In this document: piece by piece, positions 37,702-48,189 of the stretch
How the letters are laid out: each line of letters starts with the position of its first letter
How positions within the stretch are numbered: the first letter of the stretch is position 1
Assembly: GCA_958427035.1 (NCBI GenBank)
Contig: CAUAAR010000006.1
Span: forward strand, 6,873-70,872
Direction: 5' to 3'
Length of the DNA stretch: 64,000 nt
From: an uncultured Collinsella sp.
GTDB lineage: Bacteria > Actinomycetota > Coriobacteriia > Coriobacteriales > Coriobacteriaceae
Notes under the pieces: model-generated
What the model was told of the DNA's origin: nothing
Database searches by the model: none
Seen by the model: only the letters and a program-made list of their open reading frames with translations
Translations under genes and position numbers: made by a program

Positions 37702-39412
37702 AAAAGCGAAGACGGTCAACGTCCTCGAGGGGCCGATGACCGAGTCGTGCGCCGAGTTTCCCGCGCGCCACGTGTTTATCAAGTGCCCGGAGTGCCGTCG
37801 TGTGATCGATGAGGCGCGCCTGCACGACAACCTTGAGGTCTGCCCTCGTTGCGGCAAGCATTTTCGCGTGAGCGGGCGCGACCGTATGCGCATGACGGTT
37901 GACGAGGGCACGTTTGAGGAATGGGATGCCAATCTGGCGTCGGAGGACTTCCTCTCGTTTCCCGGCTATGCCGACAAGCTCAAGAGCGTGAGCGAGCGTT
38001 CGGGCGAGTGCGATGCCGTTGTGTGCGGCAGGGGCAAAATCTGCGGTTGCGATGCGGCGCTCTTCTTTATGGACGCCAACTTTATGATGGGCTCGATGGG
38101 TTCCGTGGTGGGCGAGAAGATCTGTCGCGCATTTGAGCGTGCGACCGAGCTGGGATTGCCAGTTGTCGGCTTTACCGTTTCGGGCGGTGCGCGCATGCAG
38201 GAGGGCGTGACATCGCTTATGCAGATGGCCAAGATTTCTGCGGCGGTTAGGCGCCACAGCGAGGCGGGCGGCCTGTATATCACAGTGCTCACCGACCCCA
38301 CGACCGGAGGCGTAACCGCGAGCTTTGCCATGGAGGGCGACATTATCCTGGCCGAGCCCGATGCCCTGACGGCATTTGCCGGTCCGCGCGTGATCGAGCA
38401 GAACATGCATAAGCGCCTGCCCAAGGGGTTCCAGCGCTCCGAGTTTTTGCTCGAGCACGGTTTTTGCGATGCTGTCGTTCCGCGTGGCGAGATTACGCTC
38501 ACGGTGGGCGAGCTGCTGGCGCTGCACGAAGGGCACGTGCCCGGCCTGGGGGCACCGCACGAGATTGTGCATACGGGTCGCCGCGGCAAAAAGTTGGGAC
38601 ACTTGTTCAAGCGCTCGGCCGCACCAAAAACCGCGCTCGAGATTGTCAAACAGACCCGCTCGGCAGATCGCGCCACGGCAGGCGAGATGATCTCGCTGGG
38701 CCTGGATGGATTTGTGGAGCTGCACGGCGACCGCTACTTTGGCGACGACGCCGCTGTGGTGGCTGGCATTGGCTGGAAAGACGGGCGCTCCGTAACGGTC
38801 ATCGCCATCGAGCGCGGCACCACGACCAAAGAGCGCATGCGTCGCAACTTTGGCATGGCACATCCCGAGGGCTACCGCAAAGCGCGTCGCCTTATGCGCC
38901 AGGCCGAAAAGTTTGGTCGACCGGTTCTGTGCCTGGTCGATACTTCGGGCGCGTTTTGCGGCATCGGTGCCGAGGAGCGCGGCCAGGGCGAGGCGATTGC
39001 CCAGAATCTCATGGAGATGAGCGGCCTTAAGACGCCGATTGTCTCGGTGGTGACGGGCGAGGGCGGCTCTGGTGGCGCGCTGGCGCTATCCGTGGCCGAC
39101 CGCATCCTGATGCTCTCGAGCTCGGCCTATTCGGTCGTGAGTCCCGAGGCCTGTGCGTCGATCCTGTGGAAGGATACCGACCGCGCGAATGAGGCCGCCG
39201 AGGCGCTTAAGCTCACGGCTCCCGATCTGTTGGCGCTCAGCATCATCGACGGCATTGTTGACGATAGGGGCCTGTCGCATGAGGAGATCGCCGGTGCCGT
39301 CATGTCCTCGGCATTTGATGCCTTCGATACGCTTGGGCAGCTCGACGAGGCGACCCTCACAAACCTCCGCTACGAAAAGTACCGCGCAATCGGTCAGTAC
39401 CGCACGATGTGA
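37688..39412 (+). CDS. accD: acetyl-CoA carboxyltransferase, beta-alpha fusion (AccD-AccA)
   Basis: C4 zinc ribbon and SGGARMQEG (beta), then FGMAHPEGYRKA and GEGGSGGA (alpha) in one ORF. Confidence 0.93.
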   Translation: MLMNRKAKTVNVLEGPMTESCAEFPARHVFIKCPECRRVIDEARLHDNLEVCPRCGKHFRVSGRDRMRMTVDEGTFEEWDANLASEDFLSFPGYADKLKSVSERSGECDAVVCGRGKICGCDAALFFMDANFMMGSMGSVVGEKICRAFERATELGLPVVGFTVSGGARMQEGVTSLMQMAKISAAVRRHSEAGGLYITVLTDPTTGGVTASFAMEGDIILAEPDALTAFAGPRVIEQNMHKRLPKGFQRSEFLLEHGFCDAVVPRGEITLTVGELLALHEGHVPGLGAPHEIVHTGRRGKKLGHLFKRSAAPKTALEIVKQTRSADRATAGEMISLGLDGFVELHGDRYFGDDAAVVAGIGWKDGRSVTVIAIERGTTTKERMRRNFGMAHPEGYRKARRLMRQAEKFGRPVLCLVDTSGAFCGIGAEERGQGEAIAQNLMEMSGLKTPIVSVVTGEGGSGGALALSVADRILMLSSSAYSVVSPEACASILWKDTDRANEAAEALKLTAPDLLALSIIDGIVDDRGLSHEEIAGAVMSSAFDAFDTLGQLDEATLTNLRYEKYRAIGQYRTM

Positions 39413-39452
39413 CAAAGGGGCAGCCCGCATGTCACATTGGGAAAGGCGTTCC

Positions 39453-40667
39453 ATGTCACAAGTTTCCAACACCACGTTTGCAACGACGGTTTCATCAAAC
39501 GCCATGGCCGTGGTGGACTATCTGTCCAAAAGCATGATGTCGGCGCTGCCGTTTATTGTCTGCGCGGCGTTGTTCCGCACCGTCGCCGTCATTATGGGCG
39601 AGGGCATGCTGGGCCTGTGGTCTGCCGATTCCGAAATCTATCGCCTGTTCTACAGTTGGCTCTATAACGCCGGCTACTACTTTTTGCCCATTTATCTTGG
39701 TTGGGCGGCCGCCCGCCAGCTCGGTTGCTCGGAGCAGCTGGGCATGATGCTGGGCGGCGTATTGATTGCACCCGATCTGCTTAAGCTCGTTGATGCCGCC
39801 TCGACGACGGGGGCATCGATGACTTCCGTGTATGGTCTGCTTCTCGCGCCGGTCAACGATTACACGACGACTGTTATTCCGGTTCTCATCTCGGTGCCCG
39901 TGCTATGGCGAGTGGAGTGTTTCTTTAAGCGCGTTATCCCTAAGGCCGTGGCGTTTTCGTTCGTTCCGTTTGCAACCATGCTTGTCATGGTTCCGGTTTC
40001 GCTGTGCATTACGGCGCCGGCGGGCAGCTATCTGGGCATGCTGTTGGGCCAGCTTATGTTTATGCTTGGCAATTCCGGTGGCATCGTGTCGCTGCTCACG
40101 CTTATGGGGCTTGCCGCTGGCTGGGAGTTCCTAAAGATCGCGGGCGTCAGCAATGTTGTCCTATCGCTTGCGTACGCGCAGTTTATGAGTGTGGGAACGG
40201 ATTCGTGCATCCTGATCGCCGCGACAATGGCAACGTTCGCTGTTTGGGGCATGCCCTTTGGCGCTGCGCTTCGCATTGCGAATAAGGACGAGAAGGCGCT
40301 CATGCTGGGCTATTCAATCTCGGGCGTGCTTGGCGGCGTAAGCGAGCCGGCGCTGTACGGTTGCGGCTTTAAATATGGCAGGTGCCTGACGTGCATGGCC
40401 ATTGGCGGCGCCGTCGGAGGCCTTGTTGCGGCCGTGGGCCACGTTACGGCCTATACCATCGGCATGACGAATGTCCTCATGGTCATTGGCTTTGCCACGG
40501 GCGGTATTTCGAACCTGCTGTGGTGCTGCGCTGCCGGCGGCACGGCATTTGCGGTGTCTGCGGCGCTGAGCTACTGCTTTGGCGTGGTGCCGACGAAGGA
40601 GCAGACGGCAGAAGACGAAGCCGATTCGCCCGAAACAGTGGTGAGCGCTGCTGAAGCAAGCGCATAG
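39453..40667 (+). CDS. PTS EIIC component (sucrose/beta-glucoside type), no EIIB or EIIA domain
   Basis: YYFLPIYLG and GVSEPALYG motifs; polytopic membrane protein. Confidence 0.8.
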   Translation: MSQVSNTTFATTVSSNAMAVVDYLSKSMMSALPFIVCAALFRTVAVIMGEGMLGLWSADSEIYRLFYSWLYNAGYYFLPIYLGWAAARQLGCSEQLGMMLGGVLIAPDLLKLVDAASTTGASMTSVYGLLLAPVNDYTTTVIPVLISVPVLWRVECFFKRVIPKAVAFSFVPFATMLVMVPVSLCITAPAGSYLGMLLGQLMFMLGNSGGIVSLLTLMGLAAGWEFLKIAGVSNVVLSLAYAQFMSVGTDSCILIAATMATFAVWGMPFGAALRIANKDEKALMLGYSISGVLGGVSEPALYGCGFKYGRCLTCMAIGGAVGGLVAAVGHVTAYTIGMTNVLMVIGFATGGISNLLWCCAAGGTAFAVSAALSYCFGVVPTKEQTAEDEADSPETVVSAAEASA

Positions 40668-40816
40668 ACCTGTGCGACAAAAGGACGATTCCATTGTCAT
40701 GTTCCAAGGCCGCGGCTCGTGTGGGTTGCGGCCTTTTGTATCTGGGGGACAAAGTGGCTACACTACAATCCGTTTGAGCAATAGATATATGGGTAGTGCC
40801 GTGGGGGCGGATATAG

Positions 40817-41971
40817 ATGGTCGAGTGGATTGTTCGTCGTGCGCAGGGTGACCGTGCGCGCGTGGGCACGTTGACGGGCGTGGTGTGTATTCTCGCTAAT
40901 GTTGCACTTTGTGCTGCGAAGGGCGCAATTGGCGTGCTGTCGGGATCGGTTTCGATTGTGGCGGACGCCATGAACAACTTGTCCGATGCCAGCTCGAATA
41001 TCGTGAGCGTGCTGGGCTTTAAGCTGGCGAGCAAGCCGGCCGACCCCGAGCATCCTTACGGCCACGGTCGCTACGAGTATCTCTCGGGTCTGGTCGTGGC
41101 GGCGCTCGTGCTGCTGATTGGCGTTGAGTTGGTGAAGTCCTCGGTTGAACGCGTCATCCACCCCGAGCCTGTCGAGTTTTCGCTTGCCCTGGTGGCAGTT
41201 CTAGTGCTTTCGATGGCCGTAAAGCTCTGGATGGCGGCCCTCAACCAAAAGCTCGGTGACCGCATTGAGTCCGAGACGCTGCATGCGACCGCTCAGGATT
41301 CTAAGAATGATGTCCTTGCTACGGGTGCTGTGTTGGCGTGCGCGATTGTTTCCCAGGTGACGCACATCAATCTTGATGCTTGGGTTGGACTTGCCGTTGG
41401 CGCCTATATTGGCTGGAGCGGCTTTGAGCTTATCCAAGATACGGTGAGCCCGCTTTTGGGCCAGGCGCCCGATCCCAAGTTGGTCAAGCACATCCGAGAC
41501 AAGATCATGAGCTATCCCGGCGTTTTGGGCGTTCATGACCTGATGGTTCACGATTACGGTCCGGGCAGGAAGTTCGCAAGTGCGCACGCCGAGATGGCGG
41601 CCGAGGCCAGCCCGCTGGAAAGTCACGACACGCTCGATAACATCGAGCAGTCGTTTAGGGACGAGGATGGCATGATCGTCACGCTCCATTACGATCCCAT
41701 CGTGACCGACGATTCAAAGGTGGCGAGCATGCGCCTGCGCATCAACGCCATGGCCCAAGAGGTCGATAGCCGCCTTTCGATTCACGATCTGCGTTGCGTG
41801 CCGGGCCCCACGCACACCAATGTGATCTTTGACTGCGTGCGACCCTCGGATTTGGACATGGGGGCCGATGAGCTCAAGCAAACGCTGGCCCAGAGGGTCG
41901 AATCGGAATATCCCAAGTCGATTGCCAAGATTACGATCGACGAAGACTACGTAGGGCATACCCACGAGTAG
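40817..41971 (+). CDS. cation diffusion facilitator transporter
   Basis: ADAMNNLSD, HPYGHGRYE, HDLMVHDYGPG. Confidence 0.92.
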   Translation: MVEWIVRRAQGDRARVGTLTGVVCILANVALCAAKGAIGVLSGSVSIVADAMNNLSDASSNIVSVLGFKLASKPADPEHPYGHGRYEYLSGLVVAALVLLIGVELVKSSVERVIHPEPVEFSLALVAVLVLSMAVKLWMAALNQKLGDRIESETLHATAQDSKNDVLATGAVLACAIVSQVTHINLDAWVGLAVGAYIGWSGFELIQDTVSPLLGQAPDPKLVKHIRDKIMSYPGVLGVHDLMVHDYGPGRKFASAHAEMAAEASPLESHDTLDNIEQSFRDEDGMIVTLHYDPIVTDDSKVASMRLRINAMAQEVDSRLSIHDLRCVPGPTHTNVIFDCVRPSDLDMGADELKQTLAQRVESEYPKSIAKITIDEDYVGHTHE

Positions 41972-42010
41972 GGCTGTGCCGGCAAAGCAAGTTATACAGA
42001 AGGGGAGAAT

Positions 42011-42637
42011 ATGAAGAGGCTGTATCTGCTCCGCCACGGTCAGACGGAGTTCAACGTCAAAAAGCTGGTCCAGGGCCGCTGCGATTCACCGCTGACCGAC
42101 CTTGGCCGCAAACAAGCGGGAATGGCAGCCGCATGGCTCAAAGCCCACGGCGTTGTCCCCGACAAAGTGGTCTCTTCGCCCTTAGGCCGAGCCATGGACA
42201 CAGCTCAGCTCGTTGCAACCGAACTTCTTGGCCCGGACGCAGCAGTTGAGTCCTGCGAAGGCATCATCGAGCGCTGCTACGGCACCTTCGAAGAAGGCCC
42301 CCACGATGCCCTTCCCACCGACGTCTGGGATCCCGGCGAGGACTTGGTCCCCTTCGGAGGAGAAGGAAGCCGCGCGCTGCAAGAGCGCATGGTAGCCACC
42401 CTCACCAATATCATGGGCTCCGAGGGCATCGAAACCCTCCTAGCAGTAAGCCACGGCAGCGCCAGCCGCCAATTCATCAAGGCTGCAGCCCCAGAGGGCT
42501 TCGAGCTCCCAACAAAACTCCCCAACTGCGCCATCATGATCTTCGATTTTGACGAGGAAGATTTGCAAGGAGAGAGCGACGGGTCCCAATGCAAGTTCAC
42601 TCTCCAGCAAATAGTGGACCCTCAACAAAGTCATTAG
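42011..42637 (+). CDS. histidine phosphatase family protein
   Basis: RHGQT..VSHG. Confidence 0.92.
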   Translation: MKRLYLLRHGQTEFNVKKLVQGRCDSPLTDLGRKQAGMAAAWLKAHGVVPDKVVSSPLGRAMDTAQLVATELLGPDAAVESCEGIIERCYGTFEEGPHDALPTDVWDPGEDLVPFGGEGSRALQERMVATLTNIMGSEGIETLLAVSHGSASRQFIKAAAPEGFELPTKLPNCAIMIFDFDEEDLQGESDGSQCKFTLQQIVDPQQSH

Positions 42638-42672
42638 CCTGAACGAGCAGAGTTAAGCAGACATCAACGTGT

Positions 42673-42829
42673 CGTCTCCCGAGCACGGCGGAGGGCCGGA
42701 GAAATATATTAAGGTCCCTGCTCTACAGTCCTGCGCAAGACGAAGGCCACATTAAGTGGCCTTCTTTGCGTGCGGAACTCGCGATGACCTTAATATATTT
42801 CTCCGGCCCTCCGCCGTGCTCGGGAGACG
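42673..42829 (-). repeat. long hairpin element, copy D (core reversed)
   Basis: Perfect 44-bp arms 42673-42716 / 42786-42829; reverse-complement core matches copies B and C. Confidence 0.9.
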
Positions 42830-43088
42830 TGCCACGCACTTTACCTGCGTAAACAATGTGAGTGAAATATGAATCTCGATGGATACGCCCGCACCCGTGT
42901 ATACTAAACAGCTGTGTGTAACCAGGGGAGTATTCTGGCTGGACAAAATGCCTGCTTAATAGGGTTGTCAGGTAGTCCGGACGCAATACAAGACTGGGGA
43001 GCACGTCGTGTAAGTAGTGGTCCTCTAGGGGCGTACGCTCGGTGGCGTACGCATTGTCCCAAGACCACGCGAGAGTTGGGATCATATC

Positions 43089-43709
43089 TTGATCAGCATG
43101 ATTCTCGGCCGCAAGATTGGCATGACCCAGGTTTGGGACGAGGACGACAACGTCGTTCCCGTCACGGTCATCCAGGCTGGCCCCTGCGCTGTCTCGCAGG
43201 TTAAAACTCAGGCAACCGACGGCTATGACGCCGTCCAGATCGGTTTCGGCGACATCAAGGCCAAGAACGTGAACAAGCCCATGGCTGGTCACTTCGCCAA
43301 GGCCGGCGTCGAGCCTGTCCGCTTCCTTCGTGAGGTCCGCGTCGAGAACGGCGAGGAGCACAAGGTCGGCGAGGTCGTCACCGTCGCTGATTTCGCTGAT
43401 GTCGAGAAGGTCGACGTCATCGGTACCTCCAAGGGTAAGGGCTTCCAGGGTCGCATCAAGCGCTGGGGTCAGCGCCGCGGTCCTATGACGCATGGTTCTC
43501 ACTTCCAGCGTCACCCCGGTTCTATCGGTCAGTGCGCCTATCCTGCGCGCGTCCTCAAGGGCGTCAAGATGGCCGGTCACATGGGTAACGAGCGCGTTAC
43601 CGTCAAGAACCTTTCCGTTGTCCGCATCGATGCCGAGCAGAACCTCATCTTGGTCAAGGGCGCTGTCCCGGGTGCCAAGAATGGTCTCGTCGCCATCCGT
43701 ATGGCCTAA
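43089..43709 (+). CDS. rplC: 50S ribosomal protein L3
   Basis: [16 protein letters not shown]. Confidence 0.98.
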   Translation: MISMILGRKIGMTQVWDEDDNVVPVTVIQAGPCAVSQVKTQATDGYDAVQIGFGDIKAKNVNKPMAGHFAKAGVEPVRFLREVRVENGEEHKVGEVVTVADFADVEKVDVIGTSKGKGFQGRIKRWGQRRGPMTHGSHFQRHPGSIGQCAYPARVLKGVKMAGHMGNERVTVKNLSVVRIDAEQNLILVKGAVPGAKNGLVAIRMA

Positions 43710-43755
43710 GGGCCCAGCCCATTTAGCCCAGCGTCATACCAAGGAGAACACTTAA

Positions 43756-44382
43756 ATGGCAAAGTTTGAAGTAAAGAACAGCGAGGGCAAGAAGGTCGCC
43801 GAGGCCGAGCTCGCCGCTGAGGTGTACGGCATCGAGCCGAACATCCACGTTATGCACCACATCGTCAAGTGCCAGATGGCCTCTTGGCGTCAGGGCACCC
43901 AGTCCGCTAAGGGCCGCTCTGAGGTTTCCGGTGGCGGCAAGAAGCCTTGGCGTCAGAAGGGCACCGGCCGTGCCCGCCAGGGTTCCATCCGTGCTGCCCA
44001 GTGGCGTCACGGTGGCGTTGTCTTCGCCCCCAAGCCCCGTTCCTACGCTAAGCGTATGAACAACAAGGAGGTCAAGCTGGCTATGCGCTCTGCGCTGTCC
44101 GCCAAGCTGGCCGATGGCGAGCTCGTGCTCGTCGACGACTACGGCTTCGAGAAGCCTTCCACCAAGGCTGCCGTCGCCATGCTCAAGGCTCTCGGCCTTG
44201 AGGGTAAGCGTCTGACCATCATCGTTCGCGATGAGGACGTCAACGCCTACCTGTCGTTCCGCAACATTCCCAAGACGTTCATCATCACCGCCGATGAGGC
44301 CAACACCTACGACCTCGTCAACAACAACGCTGTGCTGATGCCCGCCGACATCGCCGCTCACTTCGGGGAGGTGCTTGCATAA
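43756..44382 (+). CDS. rplD: 50S ribosomal protein L4
   Basis: KPWRQKGTGRAR. Confidence 0.98.
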   Translation: MAKFEVKNSEGKKVAEAELAAEVYGIEPNIHVMHHIVKCQMASWRQGTQSAKGRSEVSGGGKKPWRQKGTGRARQGSIRAAQWRHGGVVFAPKPRSYAKRMNNKEVKLAMRSALSAKLADGELVLVDDYGFEKPSTKAAVAMLKALGLEGKRLTIIVRDEDVNAYLSFRNIPKTFIITADEANTYDLVNNNAVLMPADIAAHFGEVLA

Positions 44383-44670
44383 ATGACCGCCCACGAGATC
44401 ATCATCCGTCCGATCGTGTCCGAGCGTTCCTTCTCCGGCATGGAGCAGAACAAGTACACGTTCGAGGTCGCCAAGGATGCTAACAAGTATCAGATCAAGG
44501 ACGCTGTCGAGGAGATCTTCGGCGTCAAGGTCGTTCGCGTGAACACCCTGACGGTCAAGCCCAAGACCAAGCGCGTGCGCTATGTCGCCGGCAAGACCCG
44601 TTCTTGGAAGAAGGCCATCGTCACGCTGGCCGAGGGCGACACCATCGAGGTCTTTGGCAACCAGGCCTAA
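44383..44670 (+). CDS. rplW: 50S ribosomal protein L23
   Basis: KYTFEV..WKKAIVTL. Confidence 0.98.
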   Translation: MTAHEIIIRPIVSERSFSGMEQNKYTFEVAKDANKYQIKDAVEEIFGVKVVRVNTLTVKPKTKRVRYVAGKTRSWKKAIVTLAEGDTIEVFGNQA

Positions 44671-44849
44671 GACTCGCTGCTGTTGAGTGAGCTCATGCCT
44701 CCCAAATAGGGGAGGCGAGAGCTCAAGGTTTTGGGCGTATAAAATGGACACGCCCGGAACCGTGTATACGTCCGGTGTCATCGCACCCGAGGCAGAACCT
44801 CGAATCCCTGTCTGCGATGGCTAACGGATTCCTATTGAAAGGGATTGTA

Positions 44850-45680
44850 ATGGCTGTAAAGCACCTTAAGCCGACCTCCGCTGGTAGGCGTTGGCAGACG
44901 ATCTCCGACTTCTCCGAGATCACCTGCACCAAGCCCGAGAAGTCTCTTCTCGAGCCCCTGCCCAAGAAGGCCGGTCGTAACAACAACGGCCGCATCACCA
45001 CCCGCCACCAGGGCGGCGGCGTGAAGCGTCGTTACCGCGTGATCGACTTCAAGCGCAACAAGGACGGCGTGCCCGCCAAGGTTGCCACGATCGAGTACGA
45101 TCCGAACCGTTCCGCTCGCATCGCTCTGCTGCACTACGCTGACGGTGAGAAGCGCTACATCCTGGCCCCTAAGGGCCTCGAGGTCGGTCAGACCGTCATG
45201 TCCGGTTCTGACGCCGACATCAAGCCGGGCAACGCTCTGCCCCTCGCCGACATCCCCGTCGGTACGCTCATCCACGCCGTCGAGTTCCAGCCGGGCAAGG
45301 GCGCTGCTATCGCCCGTTCCGCCGGTAACTCCTGCCAGCTGATGGGTAAGGAGGGCAAGTACGCTATCGTCCGTATGCCTTCCTCCGAGATGCGCCGCAT
45401 CCTCGTTACCTGCCGCGCCACCGTCGGTGAGGTCGGCAACGCCGATCACTCCAACATCGTCATCGGCAAGGCCGGCCGTAAGCGTCACATGAACGTGCGC
45501 CCGACCGTCCGCGGTACCGTCATGAACCCTGTCGACCACCCGCACGGCGGTGGCGAGGGCAAGAACCACACCTCTGGTCGTCCCTCTGTTACCCCTTGGG
45601 GTAAGCCGACGAAGGGCCTTCGTACGCGCAAGAAGAAGAAGGTCTCGAACCAGCACATCATTCGTCGCCGTAAGAAGTAA
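44850..45680 (+). CDS. rplB: 50S ribosomal protein L2
   Basis: [19 protein letters not shown]. Confidence 0.99.
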   Translation: MAVKHLKPTSAGRRWQTISDFSEITCTKPEKSLLEPLPKKAGRNNNGRITTRHQGGGVKRRYRVIDFKRNKDGVPAKVATIEYDPNRSARIALLHYADGEKRYILAPKGLEVGQTVMSGSDADIKPGNALPLADIPVGTLIHAVEFQPGKGAAIARSAGNSCQLMGKEGKYAIVRMPSSEMRRILVTCRATVGEVGNADHSNIVIGKAGRKRHMNVRPTVRGTVMNPVDHPHGGGEGKNHTSGRPSVTPWGKPTKGLRTRKKKKVSNQHIIRRRKK

Positions 45681-45712
45681 TTTCGGATACCGAGTTTTAG
45701 GAGAAAGCACTT

Positions 45713-45973
45713 ATGAGCAGAAGTCTCAAAAAGGGCCCGTTCGTGGAGACTCGCCTTCTCTCGCGTATCACCGCGATGAACGAGGCTGGCAAGAAGGACG
45801 TCGTGAAGACCTGGTCCCGCGCGTCCACCATCTTCCCCGAGATGGTTGGTCACACCATCGCCGTCCACGACGGCCGCAAGCATGTGCCCGTGTATGTTAC
45901 CGAGTCCATGGTTGGTCACAAGCTCGGCGAGTTCGCGCCGACTCGTACGTTCCGTGGCCACAAGGCCAAATAG
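45713..45973 (+). CDS. rpsS: 30S ribosomal protein S19
   Basis: [17 protein letters not shown]. Confidence 0.99.
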   Translation: MSRSLKKGPFVETRLLSRITAMNEAGKKDVVKTWSRASTIFPEMVGHTIAVHDGRKHVPVYVTESMVGHKLGEFAPTRTFRGHKAK

Positions 45974-45987
45974 GGGGTTAACCGTAA

Positions 45988-46359
45988 ATGGCAACTAAGT
46001 CTATTGAAACTGAGGCCACCGAGGTTCGCGCCGTCGCTAAGTACGTGCGTGTTTCCCCCAGCAAGGCCCGCCTGGTGGTCGATCTGATCCGCCGCAAGCC
46101 TGTCGCTCAGGCCTTCGACATCCTTCACTTCTGCGACCGCGCCGTCGCCGTGGATGTCGAGAAGGTTCTCCGTTCCGCCGTTGCGAACGCCGAGAACAAC
46201 AACGGTCTGCGTGCCGACAACCTGGTTGTCGCCGCTGCCTATGTTGACGAGGGTCCGACGCTTAAGCGCATCCGTCCCCGCGCCAAGGGTTCCGCTTCTC
46301 GCATTCTGAAGCGTACTTCCCACATCACCGTCGTCGTTGCTCCTCGAAAGGAGGCGTAA
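45988..46359 (+). CDS. rplV: 50S ribosomal protein L22
   Basis: [13 protein letters not shown]. Confidence 0.98.
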   Translation: MATKSIETEATEVRAVAKYVRVSPSKARLVVDLIRRKPVAQAFDILHFCDRAVAVDVEKVLRSAVANAENNNGLRADNLVVAAAYVDEGPTLKRIRPRAKGSASRILKRTSHITVVVAPRKEA

Positions 46360-46365
46360 AGCTGT

Positions 46366-47076
46366 ATGGGTCAGAAAGTCTACCCCACCGGCTTCCGTCT
46401 TGGCATCACCGAGAACTGGCGCTCCCGCTGGTTCGCAGAGAAGGATTACGCTAAGACCCTCGGTAACGATCTCGAGATCCGCAAGTACCTCGAGAAGCGT
46501 CTTTCCCGCGCAGCTGTCTCCCGCGTCGAGATCGAGCGCGCTGGCGACAAGGTGAAGGTCATCATCCTCACCGCTCGCCCCGGCGTTGTCATCGGTAAGA
46601 AGGGTGCCGAGATCGATACCCTCCGCACCGAGCTCGAGAAGGTCGCTGGCGTCTCCAAGGGCCAGCTCTCCGTCGACGTTGTCGAGATCAAGCGCCCCGA
46701 GCTCGACGCCAACCTCGTTGCTCAGTCCATCGCTGAGCAGCTCGAGGGCCGCGTTGCCTTCCGTCGCGCTATGCGCAAGGCTGTCCAGTCCGCCCGCAAG
46801 GCCGGCGCTAAGGGCATCCGTATCCAGTGCTCCGGTCGTCTCGGCGGTGCCGAGATGGGCCGTCGTGAGTGGTACCGCGAGGGTCGCGTGCCTCTGCACA
46901 CCCTCCGTGCCAAGATCGACTACGGCACGGCTGTCGCTAGCACCACCATGGGCGCTTGCGGCGTGAAGGTCTGGATCTACCTGGGCGAGAAGCTCCCGGG
47001 CCAGCCTGTTCCCAACCCTGCACTCGAGGGCTCTTCCCGTCCTCGTCGTCGTAACTCCGAGAGGAGGGGTCAGTAG
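46366..47076 (+). CDS. rpsC: 30S ribosomal protein S3
   Basis: [21 protein letters not shown]. Confidence 0.99.
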   Translation: MGQKVYPTGFRLGITENWRSRWFAEKDYAKTLGNDLEIRKYLEKRLSRAAVSRVEIERAGDKVKVIILTARPGVVIGKKGAEIDTLRTELEKVAGVSKGQLSVDVVEIKRPELDANLVAQSIAEQLEGRVAFRRAMRKAVQSARKAGAKGIRIQCSGRLGGAEMGRREWYREGRVPLHTLRAKIDYGTAVASTTMGACGVKVWIYLGEKLPGQPVPNPALEGSSRPRRRNSERRGQ

Positions 47077-47579
47077 TGCTTGCCCCTAAGCGTATTCTTC
47101 ACCGCAAGGTGCAGCGTGGCTCCATGAAGGGCCAGGCCAAGGGTAATACCGAGCTGCATTTTGGCGAGTTTGGTATCCAGGCTCTCGAGGCCCATTGGAT
47201 CACCAACCGTCAGATCGAGGCCGCTCGTATTGCCATGACCCGCTACATGAAGCGTGGCGGTCGTGTCTACATCACGATCTTCCCCGATAAGCCCATCACC
47301 AAGAAGCCTGCCGAGACTCGCATGGGTTCTGGTAAGGGTAACCCCGAGGAGTGGGTGGCCGTCGTCAAGCCCGGTCGCATCATGTTCGAGGTCAAGGGCG
47401 TGCCCGAGGAGGTCGCTCGCGAGGCTCTGCGTCTTGCACAGCACAAGCTTCCCATCAAGACCAAGATTGTTGCTGCCAAGAACGCTGAGCAGCGCATCGA
47501 GAAGGAGATGGCTGAGGAGGCCGCTCTCGAGGCCAAGTGGGCTGCTGAGGACGCCGCCGCCGCCAAGGAGGAGAACTAA
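47076..47579 (+). CDS. rplP: 50S ribosomal protein L16
   Basis: RMGSGKG; extra Ala/Glu-rich C-terminal tail. Confidence 0.98.
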   Translation: MLAPKRILHRKVQRGSMKGQAKGNTELHFGEFGIQALEAHWITNRQIEAARIAMTRYMKRGGRVYITIFPDKPITKKPAETRMGSGKGNPEEWVAVVKPGRIMFEVKGVPEEVAREALRLAQHKLPIKTKIVAAKNAEQRIEKEMAEEAALEAKWAAEDAAAAKEEN

Positions 47580-47794
47580 TGAAGCCCGCAGAGATTCGTG
47601 AGCTCTCGGACGCTCAGCTCGTTGAGAAGCTGAAGGAAATGCGCGCCGAGCTCTTTAACCTTCGTTTCCAGATGGCCACCAGCCAGCTGGACAACACCGC
47701 TCGCGTCAACACCGTGAAGAAGGACATCGCTCGCGTCCTCACGGAGCAGCGCGCCCGTGAGATCGCAGCGGAGAAGTCCGCTGTCGCCGAGTAG
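47579..47794 (+). CDS. rpmC: 50S ribosomal protein L29
   Basis: ELFNLRFQ..KDIARV. Confidence 0.98.
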   Translation: MKPAEIRELSDAQLVEKLKEMRAELFNLRFQMATSQLDNTARVNTVKKDIARVLTEQRAREIAAEKSAVAE

Positions 47795-47810
47795 GACCTA
47801 AGGAGAGAAC

Positions 47811-48071
47811 ATGACTGATTCGCGTAACTCGCGTAAGGTCCGTACGGGTGTCGTTACCTCCGTCTCCGGTGCCAAGACCATTGTTGTCACCATCACCGAG
47901 CGTAAGCGTCACCCCAAGTACGGCAAGATGATGACCAGCTCCAAGAAGCTGCACGCTCACGACGAGGAGTGCACGGCTGGCGTGGGCGACACCGTCCGCG
48001 TTATGGAGACCCGTCCTATGTCCAAGATGAAGCGTTGGCGCCTCATCGAGGTCGTCGAGCGCGCTAAATAA
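47811..48071 (+). CDS. rpsQ: 30S ribosomal protein S17
   Basis: HPKYGK..ETRPMSK. Confidence 0.98.
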   Translation: MTDSRNSRKVRTGVVTSVSGAKTIVVTITERKRHPKYGKMMTSSKKLHAHDEECTAGVGDTVRVMETRPMSKMKRWRLIEVVERAK

Positions 48072-48189
48072 GCAGTCGCTCTTACGACTTGTACGTTTCC
48101 GAAGATGTGCGTATGCCTGGCTTGCATACCACGGGCCGCATAAAGGCTGCGCACCTCTCTTCGGTTCTTAGTTCGGAGGAACATCTACC

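Noticed and set aside
42906..43088. rplC 5' leader as a riboswitch or rpsJ remnant
   Set aside because: Only a short hairpin (GCGTACGC..GCGTACGC) is visible; no recognisable family motif or S10-like frame
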